Of a DNA stretch of 64,000 nt, positions 50,036 to 60,314 are shown one piece after another. Both the position numbers and the translations under genes were made by a program. The stretch spans positions 56,172,001-56,236,000 of the forward strand of contig OY740783.1 of assembly GCA_963514005.1 (NCBI GenBank), read 5' to 3'. Below the pieces are notes generated by a model that saw nothing but the letters and a program-made list of their open reading frames with translations, was not told the DNA's origin and did no database searches. Position 1 is the first letter of the stretch. Every line of letters begins with the position of its first letter. This DNA comes from Raja brachyura. Taxonomy: Eukaryota.

Positions 50036-50670
50036 TTCAATACAATACAATACCGTTTATTGCCATTTGAACCTCAAATGAAGTTCAAACAGAATTTGGT
50101 TTCTGCAGTCATACCACAAGAAAAGAACTAAGACACACACCAACACAATTTACATGAACATCCATCACCGCGAACCACCTCCTCGCTGTGATGGAAGGCA
50201 AAGTCTTGTCTCTCCCCTGCTCTCCATTCTTCTCCCGATGTCAAAGCCCCCGGCGAGCGATGGCAAGTCCCGCGGCCATTAAGGCCGCACTAGGCAATGT
50301 AAGGCCCTTCCCGGGTCTTTATGTTGGAGGCCCCGGTGGGTGCTGGCAAGTCCTGCGGCCGTTGAAGCCACGGCGGGCGATGTAAGGCCCCGCTCTGGGT
50401 CTCCTTCAACCCGCAACTCGGGCGGGAGAGGTTGCCGTTGCGGGAGCTCCGAAAAGCGGTCTCCCACCAGGGACCCGCGAGCTCCCGATGTCACCGTCCA
50501 CCGGACCTACGGCTGGAGCCTCCGGAGTCGGGCCGCAGCAGCGCGCCACCACAGCTGTCCACGCTCCAAAGCCGGCCAACCCCATGATGTGAGTCCGCAC
50601 ACTCCGCGACTGGAGCCCCCAGGTCGTTCCAATTGGAGGGGAAAAGGTCGGGTCTCCGTTGCAGGGAAGA
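50036..50670 (-). mobile_element. GC-rich non-coding retroposon-like element related to 35981-37335
   Basis: The minus strand shares gactttgccttcc...ggatgtt and ends in stem-loop + gcaataaa + (ttgta)n. Confidence 0.6.
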
Positions 50671-50671
50671 G

Positions 50672-51020
50672 CCTCTGGTTCAGATGCAACATGTCCCTCG
50701 TGTACTGGTCATCTTTGCCCCAAAAGGGATCCCAATTGTCTAAGCATCTGAATCTCTGCTCGCTGCACCTGCTCCTGAGCCTTGCGTTCATCTGTCTTAT
50801 CTGCCTATTTCTACCCTCACTAGCATGTGGCACTGAGAGTAATCTGGAGATTACTACCCTTGGTGTCCTGCTTTTTAATCTTCTGCCTAACTCCCTGTAT
50901 TCACTTCACAGGACCTCATCCCTTTTCCTACCCATGTCATTTGTGCCAATGTGCACAACAACGTCCGGCTGCTCACACTTCCCCTTGAGAATGTTCTGCA
51001 ATCGCTTGGAGACATCCTGA
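50672..51020 (-). mobile_element. CR1 ORF1 esterase (SGNH/GDSL) fragment
   Basis: Minus strand translates PDVVVHIGTNDMGR...VPHASEGRNRQIRQMNARL...WDPFWGKDDQYTRDMLHLN. Confidence 0.8.
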
Positions 51021-52530
51021 GTAAAGATTTAAACTGATAAATGGTTCCATCTGTTGGCGAGTTAAATGTTATTTTTACACGAACCCGCATAACAAATACT
51101 GTAGGTTTGGATTATCACCTTGGGGGCCCAGAGTTGATTCCTATCCAGTATGTGGATGGGTTTCTGTTTGCAATTAAATGCAGTTAATCGAATCCTTCTG
51201 ATGGGTCACCAGGCTGCAGTGTGGAGATAACTTCAGCATTTTGTGGATGAGAGTTCACAGCACCACGGAAATCACTGAAGCTGAGGCAGAGCGTAAATAA
51301 ACCTCCTGAAACCTTTAACCTTGGACTTGATTTTCATGCCCTGCAAAGCAAATAATTCAGGCTTGCAGTAACTGGAGATCTGTGTTTGCAGCTCCAGGTA
51401 AATAGCAGCCTGTAGGAGGAGAGCACAGTTGTGTCACGCTGACATTAACTCATTATGACTGACATTAAAATATTACTAATGCTTTCCTTTGAATCCATTT
51501 TGATGAGTGTCGTGTTAGTGGCACCATAGTGAAGGAAGGTCAATGTTTTATCTACAACAGTATCAGTTTGAAAAGTGAGATTTTTGTTGCAAATATGTAA
51601 TCATGGAATTGACAAATTCTGGTTGAGGCACATGTAAGTGGGGAAAAGGTGCCTGGAAGCATCCACCTCCTGTACTCATTTAAAGACCACATCTTTGCTT
51701 TAGAAGTGTACTGAGAGAGTATGTGGTTCTCTGTGATCACAAGATATTGCAATGCAGGAAGTAGAGATCAGATGCCTGAATGAATGCGAAATCTACAGTA
51801 AATGGTCTGTTCTTGACCTAATTTGCTTTGCTTCTGGTGCTGTTATTGCCGGGGGATTGCTGAAACATGAAATGTAGCCGATCTCAGTCGAATGGCATGT
51901 TAACAGTGATCAGAGATGACTGTAAATGGCATTAGATCAGCTCAAAAGAAATTCTATACATACTCATTTTCACCCTGACAAAATATGACCTCCCATCTAC
52001 AGCCAAAATAAGCTCTGTGGCCAGTTCAATGTGTATTCAAGTTATTTGTATATCTCAAAGGAAGTGCAGAAATTTACCAAGCAAACCAATACACTAGCAC
52101 AATATAATCAAACCTATGTGTATCCAAAATGAAAATTAAGAATAAATTAAGCTGATTTCCATTATCATGTTGCAATTACCATGTCTATTACATAATTTGC
52201 TTTATAAGATGACCATTAATTGGGAATGTAGTTCATAATTTATAGGAAGAGACTTAGGCCATTTGGCCCATTAAGTCTATTCCGCCATTCAATCATGCCA
52301 GATCTACAGTATTTTCCCTCTCAACTCCATTTTCCTGCCTTCTCTCCATAATCCCCGACACCCTCAATTGTAAATGCAATTGGAATACATTAGGACAATT
52401 ATAATAGTTACATGCATTCTATCTTTGTAGGATAGGAATTTCACTGTCTGAAGTACTTCAATACTTCAACGGTTAGATGATGCAAGAATTGTCAAATTTT
52501 AGCAACTTGCGCTTTCCAACTGTAACGATA

Positions 52531-52649
52531 TTCATAAGGTCATAAGGGATGGTTGTATAATTAGACCATTTGGTCCATCAAGACTACTCCACCATTCCAT
52601 CATGGCTAATCCATCTCTCTCCGAACCCCATTCTCCTGCCCTCTCCATA
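52531..52649 (-). mobile_element. CR1 3' tail remnant abutting the acceptor of exon 52666
   Basis: cataaggtcataag...ccatttggtccatcaag...catggctaatc...ccccattctcctgccctctccata matches the tails at 46087-46210 and 63690-63810. Confidence 0.8.
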
Positions 52650-52665
52650 TTATCATGTGTTGCAG

Positions 52666-52798
52666 GACCACGGCAAGATTCCTGTACACAGTGTATTGCA
52701 GATTATTACCTGGAGGAATGGAGATGTGTGTCAAGCTGTAGTAGCATTGGTTACTACATGGACCAGCCATCTCAAAATGGAGAAAAGACCTGCAGGAG
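52666..52798 (+). CDS. PCSK5: PCSK5 exon, Cys-rich domain; ends in a non-canonical GC donor
   Basis: ttgcag|GA ... AG|gcaagt; GPRQDSCTQCIADYYLEEWRCVSSCSSIGYYMDQPSQNGEKTCR(R). Only the GC donor gives the phase 2 required by the next exon. Confidence 0.92.
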
Positions 52799-53029
52799 GC
52801 AAGTAATTATTTTCCTTTTAATACTTTCAAGTAACGATTTCAACGTATTTAAGTGCCCTTCCAACTTTTTGAGTAAGCTTTGCACATCTGCATTAATCTC
52901 CCTCTTGCTCTTTCTGGCTATTCATGAAGGAATGTATCATCAAATAACACATTGGGGAATAAGGAGTCTGCAAACAGTTCAAAATCATGGTTTCTGAAAA
53001 TAGTTACTTGAGAACATTAGAGTATAGAA

Positions 53030-53342
53030 ATAAGGAGCAACAAATGTTGGTTTACTAAAAAATACACAAAGGGCTGGAGTAACAGCAGGTCAGGCAGCAT
53101 TTCTGGAGAACATGATTAGGTGATGTTTTGGGTCAGGTCTAATGAAGGAATTCCAACCTGTAGTGCCACCTATCCATATTCTTCAAATATGTTGCTTGAC
53201 CAGTTGAGTTACTCCAGCATTTAGTGTCCTTTAGTGGAGCACATTACATTTAGTCTTAATAAGGGTCATGACCTGAAGTATTTTCTATCCATTCCTTTCG
53301 TGGATATTACCTGACCCACTGAGTTACTCCAGCACTTTGTAT
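53030..53342. repeat. Degenerate Penelope-derived fold-back element plus an extra arm
   Basis: gctggagtaac...ggtcaggcagcat / atgttgcttgacc...gagttactccagca, with the right arm repeated. Confidence 0.7.
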
Positions 53343-54254
53343 ATTACTTCCTCTACTGAAAGCCAGTTTTATTAGATGCATGGAAACAATCATTTATATA
53401 ATCTTGATTTCATAATTGTTTTTAACTCAAAATCGACATTCACGCAAATCTCTTGCATCTACATTTTTTAAAAATGTACATTGATACATAATCTCTCAAC
53501 CTCAAAGCCCCATAGTATTCTACATCTGATTCTTCTGGCAATGTCTAGAATTAATATGACTGAATGACAAATTAAATTTCAGGGTGTGAACTGAAATATT
53601 TATTTCTTGATTTATTTAAGATTCTGAATATGAAATATTCCCAGACCTAGTCATTGGTAATTTATTCTAACAATTTCCTAATAACATTAGCATAGTCTTA
53701 ACTATGAGAACCTGTGCATCCAAAAATAAATGAAACACTACCAATAAGCATCCAATACTGTCTAAACATTCTCTTGTCTGTGTTTATTACAAGAGGATTT
53801 ATAAACAGTGAGTAAAATGAGAGCATTTTGTCCTATAAAGTTGTTTACCTCTTCAGCTCTGAGGGGAGCAACAGTCAGTGTTTTTAATAATATGAATCTT
53901 AAGGTAGGAATGTTTTGCAACTGAGAACATTGAAGCAAAAGCCATTGCTGCTTTCTAATGGAAAGTGTCATATATTTATTGTAGAGAAAGTCAAATGGAC
54001 TCCAGGGATGGGCGAATGAAGAATAGGGCTGTGTTTTGGAATTCTATCCATGAGATGTTTGACATAATGAGCCAAGTAATCTTATTTTTGCTGTTTATTT
54101 CTGTGGTCCCCACTCATGGTATTAAGTGGGCATGCTAAGAAGTAAAGTAATAACTGAGAAGCATAAGTAAAGCCTTGCCTATTCTTTACACCTGAAATGT
54201 AACCCCAGGGGGGTAATTCCTGAAATTCAGTGTAACGGAACAATATTGAATAAG

Positions 54255-54560
54255 ACAAAAGTACTGGAACAACTCAACGGGCAGGCAACATCTATGGAGA
54301 ACATGACAGGTGATGTTTTGGGTCGGGACCCTTCTTCAGACTGATTGGGTTGGGGGGAAAGAAAGTTGGAAGAAGGGTGGGGCATTACTAATTACCATTA
54401 CTAAGCCTGGCAGATAATAGGTTGATATATGTGAGGATGGGTTTTTTTATAGGCAGCTGGTTGAACAACGGCATGAGATGAAAAGATAGAAGATGTGAGA
54501 CAAAAGGATTAGAGTTGTAATGGGGAGGCTAGAAGAAATAATGTGGGGGGGGGGGCAGGA
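54255..54560 (-). mobile_element. Penelope-like terminal repeat and 3' region
   Basis: ggtgatgttttgggtcgggacccttcttcagactg (decayed hammerhead core) followed by a purine-rich tract. Confidence 0.72.
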
Positions 54561-54847
54561 ATAGGTACAAGTCTAGGTGGGGCATAATACTGAAGGCCTG
54601 ACTCCTGCAAATTAATGGCTTGACACCATGAATATTGAATGATGTGATCTTTAACAAAAGAAGAATTTTCATGATGTGGATTTGAGCCTGTTGTGTAGAG
54701 TATTGTGTTGCTGTCATTTGCACTCTGAATTATATTTATACACTAACAATTTAAAAAGATTCCCTTTCTACTTCTCGTGTTAATCTTGTATTTTGCTGCA
54801 AGAAGGCATTTATGGAATTTTTAAACAAAATATATTTATTCCTCAAG

Positions 54848-54963
54848 GTGCGATCCGAGCTGTTTAACTTGTATTGGCCATGGTGAAAGGAACTGCAGCT
54901 CCTGTCGCACTGGGTACAACCTTGAGGGGGGAGTCTGTGTGGTTGGCACCGTTTGTAAAGATG
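54848..54963 (+). CDS. PCSK5: PCSK5 exon, last exon expected to be common to PC5A and PC5B
   Basis: ctcaag|G ... GATG|gtgagt; CDPSCLTCIGHGERNCSSCRTGYNLEGGVCVVGTVCKD. Confidence 0.95.
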
Positions 54964-57404
54964 GTGAGTAATCAGATTTTTTTTGTTGGATGTACTGAAG
55001 GGTGTAGAGAAAATCACTTCATCTGGATGCAATGAGGAGACTTCAATGTTATTTGAAAACATCTTTAAATATGAATGGTTCCTAGTTTGTATTTTAATTT
55101 ATATTTTAGTTTCAACGAGCCTCTATGTAACTATCAATCTCCCTGTCAGCTAATAATGAGGGTGTTTTTAGCCCAGCTATCAGGCCAGGGTTTTGGCATT
55201 TGACAATGATGTTTTAATTTGATTTATGCCACTTGCATACAAATTAGCCCTCCCACCCACTCCATTCATCTCTTGAATGTGCATGATGTCTCTGGGCAGG
55301 CTACTAGTCATCCATTCACTGGCCCAAAGGCCGATCATTGTGTGCACGCCTAAACAGTGAACAACAGCAGCCTATTCATTTTATTTTAGATTACTTTGTT
55401 GATTTACCAAGAGGCACACGTGTAGTGTGTGAGTGGGAAAGTAAACGCTAATTAATAAATTGGTGGATAAACGTGTTAACTGGTATGGTAGAAGACACGA
55501 GGGCAGGAATGCCTTGGCTCTTTGCTTTTTCAGTTGAATTTGAGACAGGTATCTACGCTTTGCCTCGGGCTCCACAGGTGAAAACTTAGCTAGGCATTTT
55601 AGTTTCCAAACTGTTGCGAAATGTGTACGAGTCCGAATGAAAGACGAGTTTCAGCCTTGGTGGGTGTGGTAAATCGGCAGCATTGGACAGCTGGCCTGTG
55701 TCACCCAAATATTTGTTTTTTACCCTTAATTTTGGGATTGTTGAGTATTTGTCGGGATTTGTGGGTTAAAACACCTGTGAAAGCAGTGGACACGATCATA
55801 TTTTACATAGCCTAATTTGAAGACCAAAAGCTTTTGGATAGTGTTATAACTTAGCATCTGAAATAAACAAAAACATAGTGGTGCAGGAGAAATATAAAAT
55901 GAATGACTGTCAAATGGAGGGGGTTGGAATATTGCTGTGACCTTCTGTTGACCCTCCTAGTCTTCATGGTTCATTTCGTATGAAATCCCAACACGTGTTC
56001 ATGATCAGCCCCTTTAACTTGCTATCTCACATGGCTCAACTCTCATCATTATCATAAATATAGTTAAGCCCATCTCCATTCATTTCCTCATCTTATTCCC
56101 CACCCACATACTTCTCCTGATCTTAACTTCTTCCCATTTGATGCAGGGAAATGAAATTGTCCTGACCCACTTTGAACTTCTCTTTCAATTTCCCAGCTGC
56201 CCATCTTTGATCCACCAGTCACTTCAAGATTTCTGCTGCCACTGAACTCTGACCACATTTTCCCGAATCCCATTCAATTATTAATTTAATTGATTATTTT
56301 TATTTATTTATTATTCTAAATCATTCCCCAACAGGCAGCCCTCACCACCATTCTGTTAAATCCAAGGAGTGCAGAAACTGTGCGTTTCACAAATTGGTTT
56401 AGCAGTAGATGGGCACATACTGCATGCCAAAACCACAGATATGCCATATACTTGCTTCAAACTCATTTTCCTTTTGAGACCACCTTCTTCCCCTTTGACT
56501 TTATTCTACATAACTGCTAGGCACCCAAATAACCTCACAGATTCATTCATAAATTTCACAGTTCCATTTATGCAGGTGCAGAACTCACTGTAACCTTGAC
56601 CTGATTTTCTTTTTTTTAATAACCCTTGAACTTGAATTCCATCTTTTCTAATTACCAACACCAATCCTAAAATTCCTTGAACATGCTTTGCCTCTTAAGC
56701 GTGCATCTTTAATGGAACTCCTTGTTTGGAAACGCTCCAAACGTGTTTCTGTCACTGTTACTGCATGGAGACAGTTTCAGGCCAGTTAGAGGATGTCCTA
56801 CTTGATTATAAGAAGTTACCCATCCTTATTCTTCTCTGATTGCCTGAAGCCTTGACAGGTTTGACCACAGCATACCTGTCCAGTTCCCTTCCACCACAAT
56901 GTAGTAGCTTGCACAGTTCCAAATCTTCCCCATCACAAAATCCATAATGTTACCATTGATTTTATTCCTTCCATTTGCATTTTCTATAACTGAACCATAT
57001 TGCTCATATCCTTTGTGCCATTTTGATCATAATATGAGGTTCAAATCTCACCCGCTTGTCTCCCACAATGGATTTAAAATTATATTCCTAATTTTTTTTT
57101 TAATGGTTTTTCTTGCACTACTTTTGGTTTATATTTCATATTTTCCATAACGCTGTCTCCTGGCTCATGCCCCATCTGTAACTTTATCAGATCCATCATA
57201 ATTTTCACTCCTATCTTATTTTCTCCAAGGAGCACAGTCCCAGTGTGTCAAATTATCCACATTCTTAGAACTATTTTAGTAAATTTCTGCAGCCTCTGAG
57301 ACATATTTTCCAAAGTGTAACACACAAGTGTGTGTGATGCTCATCAAGGATTCATGATCATAGCGCCCCTATTTATGAAGCTCATATAACTATCCTTGTC
57401 ACTG

Positions 57405-59365
57405 TCAATAGACAATAGGTGCAGGAGTAGGCCATTTGGCCCTTCAAGCCAGCACTGCCATTCAATATAATCATGGCTGATCATCCCCAATCAGTACCCC
57501 GTTCCTGCCTTCTCCCCATATCCCCTGACTCCGCTATATTTAAGAGCCCTATCTAGCTCTCTCTTGAAAGTATCCAGGGAACCTGCCTCCACCGCCCTCT
57601 AAGGCAGAGAATTCCACAGACTCACCACTCTCTGTGAGAAAAAGTGTTTCCTCGTCTCCGTTCTACATGGCTTACTCCTTATTCTTAAACTGTGGTCCCT
57701 GGTTCTGGACTCCCCCAACATCAAGAACATGTTTCCTCCTCTAGCGTGTCCAAACCCTTAACAATGTTATGTTTCAATGAGATCCCCTGTCACTCTTCTA
57801 AACTCCAGAGTGTACAAGCCCATCTGCTCCCTTCTCTCAGCATATGACAGTCACGCCATCCCGGGAATTAACCTTGTAAACCTATGCTGCACTCCCTCAA
57901 TAGCAAGAATGCCCTTCCTCAAATTAGGGGGCCAAAACTCCACACAATACTCCAGGTGTGGTCTCACTAGGGCTCTGTACAACTGCAGAAGGACCTCTTT
58001 GCACCTATATTCGATTCCTCTTGTTATAAAGGGCAACATGCCATTTGCTTCCTTCACTGCCTGCTGTACCTGCATGCTTACTTTCATAGACTAATGAACA
58101 AGGACCCCCAGATCCCGTTGTACTTCCCCTTTTCCCAACTTGACGCCATTTAGATAGTAAGTGGATAACCTCACATTTATCCGCATTAAACTTAATCTGC
58201 CATGCAGCTGCCCACTTCCCCAACCTGTCCAAGTCGCGCTGTATTCTCATAGCATCCTCCTCACAGTCCACACTGCCACCCAGCTTTGTGTCATCTGCAA
58301 GTTTGCTAATGTTACTTTGAATCCTTTCATCCAAATCATTGATGTATATTGTAAATAGCTGCGGTCCCAGCACCGAGCCTTGCGAGTCACTGCCTGCCAT
58401 TCCAAAAGGGACCAGTTAACCCCTGCTATTTGTTTCCTGTCAGCCAACCACGTCTCTATCCATGTCAGCACTCTACCCCCCAATACCATGTGCCCTATTT
58501 TTGCACACTAATCTTCTATGTGGGACCTTATCAAATGATTTCTGAAAGTCCAGGTACACTACATCCACTGGCTCTCTCTTGTCCATTTTCCTAGTTACAT
58601 CTTCAAAAAATTCCAGAAGATTAGTCAAGCATGATTTTCCCTTCTGTTACTGCTATCCAAATATTCAGCTATTTCAATTTTATAATTGACTCCAGCAACT
58701 TCCCCACCACCAAAGTCAGGCTAACTGGTCTATAATTCCCTGTTTTCTCTCTCCCGCCTTTCTTAAAAAGTGGGATAACATTAGCTGTTTTCTCTCTCCC
58801 GCCTTTCTTAAAAAGTGGGATAACATTAGCTACCCTCCAATCCACAGAAACTGATCCCGAGTCTATAGAACATTGGCAAATTATCACCAAATCATCCACG
58901 ATTTCTAGAGCCACTTCCTTAAGTACCCTGGAATGCAGACCATCAGTCCCTGGGGATTTATCAGTCTTCATTCACATCATTCTGTCCAACACCATTTCCT
59001 GCCTAATGTGGATTTTCTTCAGTTCCTCCGTTACCCCAGATCCTCTGGCCACTACTATATCAGGAAGACTGTTTGTGTCCACCTTAGTGAAGACAGATCC
59101 AAAGTACCTGTTCAACTCATCTGCCATTTCCTTGTTCCCCATTAATAAATTCACCTTTTTCAGTCTTCAAAGGTCCAACTTTGTCTTAACTAATTTTTTC
59201 CTCTTCACATACCTAAATAAGCTTTTACTGTCCTGCTTTATATTCATGGCTAGCTTACCTTCGTACCTCATCTTTTCTCACCGTATTGTCTTTTTGGTTA
59301 TCTTCTGTTGTACTTTAAACATTCCCCAATCCTCTTGCTTCCCACTCATCTTTGCTACGTTGCAC
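57405..59365 (-). mobile_element. CR1 LINE ~2 kb with internal deletions and a 45-bp tandem duplication
   Basis: ORF2 pieces QGSVLGPQLFTIYINDLD...LADDTKLGG; WRVANVIPLFKKGGREKT-ANVIPLFKKGGREKT-GNYRPVSL; ADELNRYFGSVFT. Confidence 0.93.
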
Positions 59366-60198
59366 TCCTTCCACCAGATCTGTGCTCCTGGGGATTTCCT
59401 AGAACTATTCCTCTGATTTAACCTGTGCCTTTCATTCTTACGGAAATGGAGCACTTTACATTCTTCTGTATTAAATGTTATCGCATGTTCTGTGTTCTAC
59501 AGCCTGCCTTTATCCACTGTCTAGTATTAGCTTCCTTAAGGTTCAAGGTGTTTCTGAGTTTTATGTCCTCTGTCAGATTGGAACTAGTGCCTTGTACATC
59601 CCTGTCCAAATGTATCATTGTATTGAACCCTTGTGAGTGCTACTGCACATTCCCCTCTAGTCTACGAATGGATTGTGCTGGCCTGTGAGTTAATTTTGCG
59701 AAGAATGTATTTCCGTGATCACTATAGAAAGCATTAAATTCCTATTGATAGTGGTTGATCTTTTTTTAAATGGCCACAAGTGTTTTCACAATGTGTTCTA
59801 TGCATAACTTGATCTGTTACGATTACAAAGGTAAGGTTTTTAGCTATTTTATGCCTTTTTCCCCCCTAGATTCCTATTTTGCCTTCTTCAATGTAATTAA
59901 ACAGATCTTTTGTCTGTGGTTATGATTCACTTTCATGATATTTTAAAGAGCTTTTCTAATGTCTTCTTCTTTGATCTTTTTTCCCCCTTCAAAAAATGGA
60001 ATAAAATCACTTGTTGAAAAAAAAATTGGAAACCTTACAATGTTGGATACAATTACCCCTGATGAACAAAATAAAATTGCTTCTGTCACCTTCTTGACTG
60101 GCTCCTTCTGCCCTGTCTGACAATCATCCACTTCGTCCTTCTGCTTCCATCTCCTCAACCTTCAAACTCCTGTCTCTGTGATCACGATATCTGGAAAG

Positions 60199-60314
60199 CA
60201 ACGGAAGAATCGTGGGCTGAGGGAAGTTTCTGCGTCCTGGTGAAAAAGAACAGCCTTTGCCAACGGAAAGTGCTTCAACAACTGTGTTGCAGAACATGTT
60301 CACTCAAAGGTTGA
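60199..60314 (+). CDS. PCSK5: PCSK5 PC5A-specific terminal coding exon (PLAC-like tail), TGA at 60312-60314
   Basis: ggaaag|CA; ATEESWAEGSFCVLVKKNSLCQRKVLQQLCCRTCSLKG*. Confidence 0.95.

Larger units (their letters stand above)
127..60314 (+). other. PCSK5: PCSK5 (PC5/6) gene, 3' portion: 14 coding exons, PC5A-type ending; 5' exons lie upstream of the window
   Basis: Exon lengths 213,101,104,118,189,137,120,100,194,85,104,133,116,116 sum to 1830 nt with matching phases and no internal stop. The C-terminus ATEESWAEGSFCVLVKKNSLCQRKVLQQLCCRTCSLKG* matches the PC5A tail as I recall it, not PACE4 or furin. Confidence 0.96.

Noticed and set aside
50340-51020. 226-aa + strand ORF, the longest in the track
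   Set aside because: It spans a GC-rich repeat and the antisense of a CR1 esterase fragment, with no recognisable domain; stop-poor because of GC content
127-60314. Alternative identity as PCSK6 (PACE4) or furin
   Set aside because: The terminal exon ATEESWAEG..C.LVKKN.LCQRKVLQQLCC and the KPWYLEEC / LFDHSMEGF motifs match PC5; no transmembrane tail is present
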